Source of the DNA: a virus
Length of the DNA: 45,207 nt
Virus record (IMG/VR): IMGVR_UViG_3300022917_000005
Direction: 5' to 3' (one strand)
Part shown: one piece after another, positions 26,117 through 34,462 of the stretch
Position numbering within the stretch: position 1 is the first letter of the stretch
Layout: every line of letters starts with the position of its first letter
Program-made: the position numbers and the translations under genes
Notes under the pieces: generated by a model
What the model saw: only the letters and a program-made list of their open reading frames with translations
Databases searched by the model: none
What the model was told of the DNA's origin: nothing

Positions 26117-28113
26117 CGAGTCCGCCCCTGCTGGCCAAATGCCACCTGCACATCTCCTCCACCGTAGTTCTTGACGTAGAGCCGAATGCTGCCGGCGAGC
26201 GCATCGAGCACCTGATCTCCACTCTTCACCCAGTGCGCTTCGAGCACAGTGTTATCGGCCAGGGAGAGCCCACCCCCGCCACCCTCCCTGGCCATGCGCT
26301 GGGAGTCGCCCGCGCTGTGCACGCGCGTGCCCGGAGGGAGATCGAGCAACTCCGCCCCATTCTCGCCTGTCCACGTGAGTCCATCCCTCACGCCCCCGCT
26401 GGCCGCCTGTCCCGTGATCCCGCCGTGTGCGTACTGCTTGCGCACCGCTGCCGCTGCCGCGCTGACGTTTGTGACTCCGGTGATTCGCATGGCAATGGTG
26501 ACGGCACGGGGGATGGCGTTCGCCGCGTCACGTACCCCGTAAAGCGCATTGCGTGCCGCCGCCGTTCCCTCCGCCTTCGCGGTAGCCTTATACGTCTTGG
26601 CGAAGCTATTTCCAGCCTTCTGCGCGTCGCGAAACTGCTTCTCCAGATCGTTGATGGCATCATCGGTCATGCCCGCGGCGCGGAGGGTGGCGCGCAGCGC
26701 CGGAGTCATCTTGCCGTTGAACGTCGCACCCAGCTTGCCCACGTTACTCTCCAGCGAGAGCGCGGCCATGGCCTGCTTCTGGAGCGCCGCCTTCGTCTCC
26801 TCGCTGTTCTCCCCGTGCTTCTTAGTGGCGTCCGCGGTTTCCTTCTGTGCCTTCCGCAGATCGTTCTGAGCCTTGATCACGCCGAAGACCGGATCCGTCT
26901 GCGCCTTCAGCTCATCGCTCAGTCCCGCCAGCGCACTCTGCTCCCCCCTGGCCGCCTTCTCCGCGTTGCTCATCGCTTCGGCTGCGTTGGTGGTGCTGCC
27001 AGCCATATCGTCGCTCTCGTCAGCAACGTCTTTGTAGTGCTGCTTCAGGAGGGGAAGCAGTGGACCGGTGATCCACGGATTGTTGGCGAGCTTGCCCATC
27101 TGATCGAGCGCAACGCCCGTATACCGCAGAAGGTCACCCAGGGCGCCGGCCACCAGGCGGAGGTTATCTGCCGCTGCTGGGCCACCGTCCGCGAGCGTCT
27201 CCACCATGTCGCCCACGCCATCGGAGATCAGGCGCAAGGAATCGCCCAATCCATCGAGCGCGGGACCTGAGTCGCCGGCTACGTTGGTCATCATGTCGCT
27301 CAGGCGCTCGCCCGCCTGCGTGATGTTCCGGGTGAACGGGACTACGTCGTCGGAGAGGGCATCGAACGCCTTGCCCCACTTCACGGAGATGCGATCGCCT
27401 GCGTCTTCGAGGATCCCCAGCGAGTCACGGACCGGGCCGGCGAACACCTTCGCCTCACGCTGCATCGAGCCCATAAACTTCTTGGCCGCTTGTCCACCGG
27501 CGTATTCAAGATCCTTGTCACCCTTGACCGCGAGCATCACGCCAGCGCCGATCACGCCCGCGCCGATACCTCCGGAGAGTGCTGATCCGAGCGCCTGAAT
27601 CAGCACAGGTCCGGCCACGGCGCCGGCGCTGGCGCCCACGATGAGCCCCACCTGATTACCGGCCGCGGCAGCGATGGGTTTGCCTGCCGTCATCAGGCCA
27701 TCACCCAGCTTCGCCATGAAGCCGATGGCAACCTTCGGATCGGGCGTGAGATCCAGCATCTCCGAAAGCTTGATCTTATGCGCCTTCTGCGAGGCGCTCA
27801 GATCAGACTGAATCTTGCTCATTGCCTTGCGGATATCGATGCGCTGCGCCGCATCATCCGTGTTCGCCAGCGCGTGCGCGAGCTGCCCCAGCGCCGCCTT
27901 ACTGGTCATAATCGCAGTATCGAGCTTTGCGAGATCAGCCTTCAGGTCAGAGCTGCTCCGCCCCATTTTCGTGAGGGCGTTGCCAGCTTTGTCACTGGCG
28001 GTTTCTACGTCGTGAAGCTCAGCCTTCGTCTCCTTGAAACCCTGCGTCTCGTTCTCCGCCTTGACCCTGATGACGATTTCGTTACCAGCCATCGCCGCGT
28101 ACCTCCTGCTCAA
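26113..28113 (-). CDS. Tape measure protein
   Basis: 666 aa, Ala/Gly/Lys-rich with long helical stretches and a Gly-rich hydrophobic core; directly after the G/GT chaperone. Confidence 0.8.
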   Translation of the reverse strand: MSRRYAAMAGNEIVIRVKAENETQGFKETKAELHDVETASDKAGNALTKMGRSSSDLKADLAKLDTAIMTSKAALGQLAHALANTDDAAQRIDIRKAMSKIQSDLSASQKAHKIKLSEMLDLTPDPKVAIGFMAKLGDGLMTAGKPIAAAAGNQVGLIVGASAGAVAGPVLIQALGSALSGGIGAGVIGAGVMLAVKGDKDLEYAGGQAAKKFMGSMQREAKVFAGPVRDSLGILEDAGDRISVKWGKAFDALSDDVVPFTRNITQAGERLSDMMTNVAGDSGPALDGLGDSLRLISDGVGDMVETLADGGPAAADNLRLVAGALGDLLRYTGVALDQMGKLANNPWITGPLLPLLKQHYKDVADESDDMAGSTTNAAEAMSNAEKAARGEQSALAGLSDELKAQTDPVFGVIKAQNDLRKAQKETADATKKHGENSEETKAALQKQAMAALSLESNVGKLGATFNGKMTPALRATLRAAGMTDDAINDLEKQFRDAQKAGNSFAKTYKATAKAEGTAAARNALYGVRDAANAIPRAVTIAMRITGVTNVSAAAAAVRKQYAHGGITGQAASGGVRDGLTWTGENGAELLDLPPGTRVHSAGDSQRMAREGGGGGLSLADNTVLEAHWVKSGDQVLDALAGSIRLYVKNYGGGDVQVAFGQQGRTR

Positions 28114-28599
28114 TCGCTAGCATTTGCATCAGGGCCGCGTCTTCCTTCAGTAATTGCGATGGCAGGCAGTGAAAGCGCTCGCACTGAGCGAGCACCCACA
28201 TTGCCGTTACTGCGTCTCGAGGGAGGGTGATTGCGTTTCCATCGGAATCGATAGCTCCACGTTCTCCACCTCCGGTGACGACTCGCCAGCGTCGGATCTC
28301 CGATCTAAAGGGGCGGTAATCCCACGCGAGGCGCGCATCCACTCCTTGATGATCAGATTCTTGCCGGCAGGCTCCAGCGTGTTGAAGATGGCTTCCTGCG
28401 AAATCTCGATCGGCTTCCCGTAGTGCTCCAGATTCCACTCCGCCACGTACTCCGCGAGAAGCTCAGCCTCACGCGTGAGATCGCATTCGCCCATCTCCAG
28501 AATGACGGCGATGGGGGCGGCGCGAACCTTAACGATCGCGCCTTCCCAATCCGTGTCGCTGAAATCGAGCGTGAATGCGCGTGATACTTCGAATCCCAT
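28082..28599 (-). CDS. Tail assembly chaperone -1 frameshift product (GT-like)
   Basis: The zero-frame codons GCC CCT TTA give the heptamer C CCT TTA at 28312-28306. The -1 frame stays open to 28082 and overlaps the tape measure start. Confidence 0.7.
28207..28599 (-). CDS. Tail assembly chaperone (G-like)
   Basis: ATG at 28599 after GAGAGGAA; acidic 130-aa product; position before the tape measure gene. Confidence 0.7.
   Translation of the reverse strand: MGFEVSRAFTLDFSDTDWEGAIVKVRAAPIAVILEMGECDLTREAELLAEYVAEWNLEHYGKPIEISQEAIFNTLEPAGKNLIIKEWMRASRGITAPLDRRSDAGESSPEVENVELSIPMETQSPSLETQ
28306..28312 (-). promoter_or_regulatory. Slippery heptamer CCCTTTA (X XXY YYZ)
   Basis: Codon phase checked against both ORFs: 28599-28311 and 28438-28312 are both multiples of 3. 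Confidence 0.7.
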
Positions 28600-28613
28600 C
28601 CCGGAATTCCTCT

Positions 28614-28829
28614 CTACTCTTTCGGCGGGAGTGCGGCCCGGACGAAGCAATCCTTGGCTTCGAGGAGCTTGCGTACTCCCGCGGTCTTTTCGGCGCTGGC
28701 GGGAAGCGTTGCCATGAGGTGAATATAGAGCACCTCGAAGTTCTGAGAGATCGTCCGGAGATGCTCCGGAAGGTGGGCGCTCTCAAAGTAGCGCCCCATG
28801 CGTGCCGCGGGATCGGAGTTTACGACCAT
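28614..28829 (-). CDS. Hypothetical protein (71 aa)
   Basis: ORF track. Confidence 0.5.
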   Translation of the reverse strand: MVVNSDPAARMGRYFESAHLPEHLRTISQNFEVLYIHLMATLPASAEKTAGVRKLLEAKDCFVRAALPPKE

Positions 28830-29227
28830 GTTGGCACCGTGCCGTCCGCGAGCACCATCGGCACGGTGGTAGTGAGGCTGCCGTCAGCGCCGCGCGAGAG
28901 CTGGTAATCGGTGGGGAGCAGCTCTGCGGTGAGCGACTGGCCGGAGATGGCGAGCACGGTGGTGCGCGCCACGCTCGTGCTGCTCACCGTCTTGAAGACC
29001 GCGTGGCTCATGTTCGCGGCATCGTTGAAGGCGGCCAGGGAGAGAGTCGCACTCATGTCCGCCAGGAGGAGCTGCCGCTCGATGGCGCTCTTGTCCACGC
29101 CGGTGATGTCCTGCACGCCGCGGGGGGTGGCGAATTGGAGCGAGTTGACATCGTTGCTGATGATGCGCGGCGTACCGGAGGAATCGTCCACCGTCACCGC
29201 GAACGGAAAGCCTGCTTCTTTCGCCAT
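28820..29227 (-). CDS. Tail tube-like protein (135 aa), paralog of 29667..30419
   Basis: NDVNSLQFATPRGVQDITGVDKSAIERQ and ADGSLT align with DINSIQIASPMTVQAVAGINRSAEER and ADGSLT in the 250-aa protein. Confidence 0.55.
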   Translation of the reverse strand: MAKEAGFPFAVTVDDSSGTPRIISNDVNSLQFATPRGVQDITGVDKSAIERQLLLADMSATLSLAAFNDAANMSHAVFKTVSSTSVARTTVLAISGQSLTAELLPTDYQLSRGADGSLTTTVPMVLADGTVPTWS

Positions 29228-29230
29228 GAT

Positions 29231-29674
29231 CTAGCCTTTCTCTCTTGATGCCTTGATGGAGAGCTGGTGCTCCCCGAAGCTGTCCAGCCAATCGGCGGGG
29301 CGGAGGCGCTGGGTGGGGAGACCCAGGGGGTTGCCGCGCCAATCCCCACCGATGATGCGAAACAGGGGCTCGCGCTGGAGCGACACGCGATGCTCCGAAA
29401 AGCACGTCTGCCCCGGGGAGAAGACGAAGGTGACGATCGTCCCCGCCTGAGTGTGCGAGTACGCGCGCCCGCTGTGCATCCGGATGTACTGAGCCTGCTT
29501 CTTCCCCAGCTCTGTCGAAACGTCGACAACCGTCTTCCATCCGCGCTCGCGGTTAGCGCAGTTCACCTCCGCGCACGTGCCCGGACGCGTGTGCGTGCGC
29601 TTAGGCTGCGCTACTTCGTAAGTCTTGTACGCCTCCGCGGGCGCCTTCGGGATGATGCGGAACGGCTCAGGCAT
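29231..29674 (-). CDS. Hypothetical protein (147 aa) between the two tube paralogs
   Basis: ORF track; basic; contains CAEVNC. Confidence 0.55.
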   Translation of the reverse strand: MPEPFRIIPKAPAEAYKTYEVAQPKRTHTRPGTCAEVNCANRERGWKTVVDVSTELGKKQAQYIRMHSGRAYSHTQAGTIVTFVFSPGQTCFSEHRVSLQREPLFRIIGGDWRGNPLGLPTQRLRPADWLDSFGEHQLSIKASREKG

Positions 29675-30419
29675 GGCCGGCTCCTTCGTAGCGCACGAAG
29701 TTCACCGCGAAGATGGCATTGCTGAAGGTGCCGCTCGATACGATGCGCGCATACCGGCGCACGGTCGCGGTACTGGTGGCGCCGGCAGAGATGCGCTGCG
29801 CCCCCGTGGTGGTGGCCGCCGCGAAGGTGGCGCTCGCCAGATCGAGCCACGCCGCGTTGTCCGCGCTGTCCTGAATCTTCACCGTGATGCTCGTTCCGGT
29901 GAAGGCGAACACGTGGAGGTAGGCAGCCCACCCGAACGCGTAGCTGATCGGCAGCGCCCCCAGATCCACGCCAGTGCCGTTGGCCGCGGCACCCTGCGTC
30001 AGTTTGCCGGGAGTGAGGAGCGCGCCCCAATCGATGCCGTAGCCGTTGCCGTTCGTGGTGACTCCGAAGGTGAGCGAGCCATCCGCGGCGCGGGCGCCGT
30101 CATAGTTGATCTGCTTCACCGGACCGCTAGCCGCGGCGCTCCCGAGCGTTGTCCCGCGGCAGTACGTGGCGAGCCGATCCGTCAGCGGCAACGTCTTCAG
30201 CATGGAATGCGCAGTGTCGGCAGCGGCGCCGGGATTCCAATACGCGGTCCATGCCATCGAGCCATCGTGCACCAGACCGATGCGCTCCTCCGCGCTGCGA
30301 TTGATGCCGGCCACGGCCTGAACGGTCATGGGCGAAGCGATCTGAATGCTGTTAATGTCTCCGGAGACATCCCCACCATCAAGGTAGAAGTTGTCTCCCA
30401 TTCCTGACTGCTTGGCCAT
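29667..30419 (-). CDS. Major tail (tube) protein
   Basis: 250 aa; position after the neck genes; Gly/Ala/Thr-rich. Confidence 0.6.
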   Translation of the reverse strand: MAKQSGMGDNFYLDGGDVSGDINSIQIASPMTVQAVAGINRSAEERIGLVHDGSMAWTAYWNPGAAADTAHSMLKTLPLTDRLATYCRGTTLGSAAASGPVKQINYDGARAADGSLTFGVTTNGNGYGIDWGALLTPGKLTQGAAANGTGVDLGALPISYAFGWAAYLHVFAFTGTSITVKIQDSADNAAWLDLASATFAAATTTGAQRISAGATSTATVRRYARIVSSGTFSNAIFAVNFVRYEGAGHA

Positions 30420-30877
30420 TACGCCACCAAATCCAATTCATCGTTGAGAAGTAGCGGAATCATCAGATCCATGACGCGGTAAACCTTCTTGTCCTGCTCC
30501 ATGTATCCGGCCGTGGCGTTCAGTTTGTCGCCATCCATGCCGAACATGTCCACGCACCGCACCAACCCACCCAGCGTGAACGCACCAGCGAGCTTGCGCA
30601 GATACACGAGCGTTGCGTTGACAATGGCGGGATCGATGTCATCCGCGGGCTCAGTGAAAGCGGAGAGGAAAATGCGCCCATCGATCTGCCACCGCATTGA
30701 GGCGCTCGCCAGGCCAGAGCTATTGATGGTGGTGACGGGGCCGGAGAACAGCGCGAGGGTGCACGCATTTCCCAGTGCCGGCGCACTCTTCGGCTCGTGT
30801 CCGTTCACGCTATCAAACAAGCCGGTTTCGAGCCCCATCGTGATGAGCGCCTGCATGATTGCCTTCGTGTCAGCCAT
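30419..30877 (-). CDS. Tail terminator / neck protein (152 aa)
   Basis: Called from synteny only. Confidence 0.4.
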   Translation of the reverse strand: MADTKAIMQALITMGLETGLFDSVNGHEPKSAPALGNACTLALFSGPVTTINSSGLASASMRWQIDGRIFLSAFTEPADDIDPAIVNATLVYLRKLAGAFTLGGLVRCVDMFGMDGDKLNATAGYMEQDKKVYRVMDLMIPLLLNDELDLVA

Positions 30878-31254
30878 CAGCCCATTGCCCCCAGATACTT
30901 CACCACTACGCCCTCAGCGATGACTCCGGCGCGATCATCGATCTTCTGCACCATGAAGCGATACGTCTTGTATCCCTTGAATCGAGTGGTCTTATTGCGC
31001 GAGCCGATACCTTCGAGCCAGTAGCCATAAATGACTTCCTGATCCCAGATCTTCCATCCGGGCGCCTCTTTCGCGGCCACGTTCTTCAGCCGATAGAAAG
31101 GCGTCTGCGTCTTGAAGACTTCGCCCATGCGCGTGCGGATCATCGAGGCGCCCACAATGGCCACCTTGTATTCGACCTCATCGCACGCGTCAGCAACGGC
31201 CTTCTCTGCGCGCCCATCGAAGAGTGGGCCAGTCTTCACCACGGTAACGCTCAT
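30877..31254 (-). CDS. HK97 gp10-like head-tail joining protein
   Basis: 125 aa; the WLEGIGSRNKTTRFKGY segment and synteny. Confidence 0.5.
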   Translation of the reverse strand: MSVTVVKTGPLFDGRAEKAVADACDEVEYKVAIVGASMIRTRMGEVFKTQTPFYRLKNVAAKEAPGWKIWDQEVIYGYWLEGIGSRNKTTRFKGYKTYRFMVQKIDDRAGVIAEGVVVKYLGAMG

Positions 31255-32285
31255 ACGGCACGCGTCCGGACCTTGCGCCGATAGTCAGGCGAAATGCGAT
31301 CCTGACACGCCTTGATGCCGGCGCCGCTCACCGGGCGCTCATACTCGCCGCTGCCCGAGGTGCGTGCGTAGCCTGCGTTTTGCTGGAGAAACTCATCCTC
31401 CGCGTACGCCTGCGCGAGCGCGCGCACGGGCGAGGGACACTCCCAGCGCCACACGGTCGCGCCGTTGAGCGCGGTGGCCGCGGTGGTGCCAAGCGCCCCA
31501 CGCTCCACCAGGAGGCGATGCTGCCAGAAGATCGCAGTGCCAGCTGTGTGAGCGGCCAGGGAGGAGCCGTCCACGGCACGCCTGACAACCATCGTGTTGC
31601 CGGCGATGTCCTGCACTTCCATGCGCTCTCCGTCGATGAGGATGCGCTCCCCCGGAGTGAACAGCCCTGCGTCCGTGGTGGAGATGGTGGTCGCTGCCGC
31701 GGAGGAGGCGAGCGTGGAGGTGGTGGCCGGCGAGGTGATCCAGTTCTTTTCGTAGACCTGCAGTCTCTCCTGGCCGATCCGGAGCACCGCGCCTACTCCT
31801 CCAACGGGAGCGGTCACGTCGATGGAGGTGGCGCTGGTGGTGCCGATGGCGCCGGCCAGCGTGGTGACTGCGGTCTCCGTGTTGGAGTATCCCCAGAGTC
31901 CGGTAATGGAGATGGCCCGTTGTGGCCCGCCTGCGAAGGAGTAGCTCCCATCGCGGTTGATCTCCACCTGATCGAATGGGGGGCCGATGTCCGGACGGAG
32001 GAGATATCCCGTGCCCGCGGGGATGCTCACGCCATCGCTCGTGATCGAGGTGGCGGAGATCAGCTCCTGGTTATCGAGCCACAGACGGAGGGAGGTGGAG
32101 CGCGACCCTGGGTAGTCAAAGGTGCGCGTGCCCGTCCACGGGTAGAAGATGCGGTGACAGAAACCCTCAGCCGCGCGCGAGCCTGAACGACATGCGCGAT
32201 CGAGCTGCAATGCCATGTAGGCATTGGGTTTCACGTCCAGCGCGGACATGATGTCCTCACGCCAGACGTACATGGTCTCTGCCAC
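31251..32285 (-). CDS. Head-tail connector (gp6-like N-terminus) with a long C-terminal extension
   Basis: The N-terminal 100 aa resemble gp6-type adaptors (LDRACRSGSRAAEGFCHRIFYP...LWLDNQELISATSIT). Confidence 0.45.
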   Translation of the reverse strand: MAETMYVWREDIMSALDVKPNAYMALQLDRACRSGSRAAEGFCHRIFYPWTGTRTFDYPGSRSTSLRLWLDNQELISATSITSDGVSIPAGTGYLLRPDIGPPFDQVEINRDGSYSFAGGPQRAISITGLWGYSNTETAVTTLAGAIGTTSATSIDVTAPVGGVGAVLRIGQERLQVYEKNWITSPATTSTLASSAAATTISTTDAGLFTPGERILIDGERMEVQDIAGNTMVVRRAVDGSSLAAHTAGTAIFWQHRLLVERGALGTTAATALNGATVWRWECPSPVRALAQAYAEDEFLQQNAGYARTSGSGEYERPVSGAGIKACQDRISPDYRRKVRTRAV

Positions 32286-32346
32286 CGTTAGACTCGCTTT
32301 CTGGTCAGATGCTCAAGGCATCCGGTGACGTGCTGTGAAGTTGTGA

Positions 32347-32399
32347 CTCGCGGCGCTGCCCGCGTGGGGAGTTCTCCCTGACTGCAACAGCGCCGCGAG
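32347..32399 (-). terminator. Long hairpin after CDS 32417..32737
   Basis: CTCGCGGCGCTG / CAGCGCCGCGAG 12-bp stem with an inner GGGAG-AA-CTCCC; no U tract. Confidence 0.35.
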
Positions 32400-32416
32400 G
32401 TTGTGATCAGCGTACC

Positions 32417-32737
32417 CTACCGGGCCTTACGCTCCTGATCGAAGCGCGTGACCGCTGCTGCGAAGTTGTCCGGCGCGGACGGGGGGAGCTGCGTGGGAGG
32501 GGCGGGCGGAGCGCTCTCCACCTCCTGCGCTTGCACCACCATCACCACATGGGCGGCCGGCACGAAGTACCGGTTACCGCCCACGGTGACGAGGAGCCCG
32601 TCCGTTTCCCGCTCCGCGGCGCCGCCATCGATTTCGAATGGGCCAGGGGCGCCCACCACCGTGGCGAATTCGGGAGAGACGTGCAGCAGCACGGGATTCT
32701 CCGTGTCGGTAAAACCTCGCATCAGAACGGTCTCCAT
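32417..32737 (-). CDS. Hypothetical protein (106 aa)
   Basis: ORF track. Confidence 0.55.
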   Translation of the reverse strand: METVLMRGFTDTENPVLLHVSPEFATVVGAPGPFEIDGGAAERETDGLLVTVGGNRYFVPAAHVVMVVQAQEVESAPPAPPTQLPPSAPDNFAAAVTRFDQERKAR

Positions 32738-32804
32738 CCATCGAAGGGGCAGAAGAGTTTGCCATCCGGCCCGGTATCGAGCGGCTCACCATCGTTCGGG
32801 CAGG

Positions 32805-33164
32805 CTACCGGGGCTTTGTCGTCTTGTTCTTGCTCGCGTTGGTACTCGCGCTGTTCGGCTGCGATGCTGACGAGTTGTTCCCAGGAGATGACGCCACCTC
32901 CTTCGTGTCCGAATCGGGCATCCGCGCGTCGCTCGCGGGCACGTCGTTGTGATCGCGGCCGAGAAGGCGTGGCTCGTTGTCGCCGGGCGCGCGCTCCTCC
33001 TCCTCCGAGATGTCCCGCTCATCGCTCTCGAATTCGGGGTAAACCTCGCCGTCCACGTCCTTCGACGGATCCAGCTCCGAAAGCTTGCCCGTGGCGTGGG
33101 TGACGATACCCTCCATGCCGTCCGCGCTGGCGTTGCTATCCGGGTTGATCTTCGGCATGATCAC
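32805..33164 (-). CDS. Acidic low-complexity protein (119 aa)
   Basis: ORF track; Asp/Glu/Ser-rich. Confidence 0.5.
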   Translation of the reverse strand: MIMPKINPDSNASADGMEGIVTHATGKLSELDPSKDVDGEVYPEFESDERDISEEEERAPGDNEPRLLGRDHNDVPASDARMPDSDTKEVASSPGNNSSASQPNSASTNASKNKTTKPR

Positions 33165-33458
33165 TCACCATTCCGTGCAACGGGCGAAGCCGTTAGCGCT
33201 CGCCCAAATGGCCCGCACTTCGCCTCCGTAGAAGCGTCCTGCGGTGGGGAATTCGTAGTACGCCCCGGGTGCGATCTGCGTCGTATAGCTGGTGACGCTG
33301 GCCGCGGGCGTGGGACCGAACGCAATATAGAGAATCGCGCTCGATTCGTTGAATACGGTGCGACCCCCCGCACTTCCGTTAGCGGCGAAGAGAACACCAT
33401 CGCTGGCGCTACTTGCCACGGAAGTGCGGGTTGCCGTCTGATCCGAAACTGTGGGCAT
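33165..33458 (-). CDS. Hypothetical protein (97 aa)
   Basis: ORF track; tightly packed with its neighbours. Confidence 0.55.
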   Translation of the reverse strand: MPTVSDQTATRTSVASSASDGVLFAANGSAGGRTVFNESSAILYIAFGPTPAASVTSYTTQIAPGAYYEFPTAGRFYGGEVRAIWASANGFARCTEW

Positions 33459-33931
33459 TACGCCACCGTCACATACGCGCCGTCATCGAGCGGCACATAC
33501 GTCAGGACCCACTTGATTGTCCCCGTTGCCGCCGATCCCGTGGTCACGAGGTCAATGGTGCCGACCTGCCCCACGAAACCCTGCCCAAAAACGGCATTGC
33601 CGGCGCCGGCATTGGCCACGATCAGCGCGCCGCCCGCGGTGACGGGCAGCGAGATGACGGCGCCCACCTCCTTGGAGGCGGTAGAAGTTGCCGTTGTCCA
33701 GTCCACATCGGTACCCGAGGTGGGGTTACCCGTCACCTTGAGCGTGTTGGTGGTGGCAGGCGTGGCCACGACAACCTCCCCGATGAGGGAAGTCACCATG
33801 ACCTTTCCGCCCACCACGTTGAAGATGGCCGCCTGCGCGGTCTGGGGCTGGAGTGCCGCGGCGCGCGCCGCGCGCGCACCGAGCACCAGAGTTCGTGCCT
33901 GATTGCCCTGAAGGAAGTTCGGCATCGTCAT
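33458..33931 (-). CDS. Hypothetical structural protein (157 aa)
   Basis: ORF track; Gly/Ala/Thr/Val-rich. Confidence 0.55.
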   Translation of the reverse strand: MTMPNFLQGNQARTLVLGARAARAAALQPQTAQAAIFNVVGGKVMVTSLIGEVVVATPATTNTLKVTGNPTSGTDVDWTTATSTASKEVGAVISLPVTAGGALIVANAGAGNAVFGQGFVGQVGTIDLVTTGSAATGTIKWVLTYVPLDDGAYVTVA

Positions 33932-33938
33932 GCCCCCC

Positions 33939-34352
33939 TTACGCTGCGTTCACAGCGCGGAGGTTGGCCGGCTTGCGCTGCACCAGACCCTCCGAGATGT
34001 AGACGAAACTGCCGGAGGCGTGCGAAGCAGCGATCCACTTGAAGCCGTCGCTCAGCGCGCCCGGAGGGATGTAGATCGCGGTGAGCGACTGCGCGAGCGT
34101 CACCGTGCCGTTGGATCCGGCCAGGAGGCGGGCACTCCACGTACCGGACGTCTGCTCGTAGTAGTACGGCCGGTAGGGGATCGTCTGCGAGGTGCCGCCG
34201 GTGTTGGCGTTCGCCTCCGTGATGGTGACGGCGCCGGCCGATGCGCCGATGACGACGATCGTCAGGCCCGCGCTGTCCTTCATGTTAAAACGCAGCGCGG
34301 CGGTGGTGGCGCTGGTGGCCAGGTTGACCTGGCCAAGAAGCTCAGTGAACAC
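33939..34352 (-). CDS. Hypothetical structural protein (137 aa)
   Basis: GTG start after GAAGGGAA; ORF track. Confidence 0.55.
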   Translation of the reverse strand: MFTELLGQVNLATSATTAALRFNMKDSAGLTIVVIGASAGAVTITEANANTGGTSQTIPYRPYYYEQTSGTWSARLLAGSNGTVTLAQSLTAIYIPPGALSDGFKWIAASHASGSFVYISEGLVQRKPANLRAVNAA

Positions 34353-34406
34353 GACGTATTCCCTTCGTAGGGTGCCAGGGTGTCAATGCTGGCTGACATT
34401 TGGGAC

Positions 34407-34447
34407 GGGGCGCCGTTCGCTGGGGATGGGGGCAGGAACGGCGCCCC
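34407..34447 (-). terminator. Hairpin immediately after the capsid gene
   Basis: GGGGCGCCGTTC / GAACGGCGCCCC 12-bp stem; no U tract. Confidence 0.4.
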
Positions 34448-34462
34448 TGTTCAGGTGGGGGA

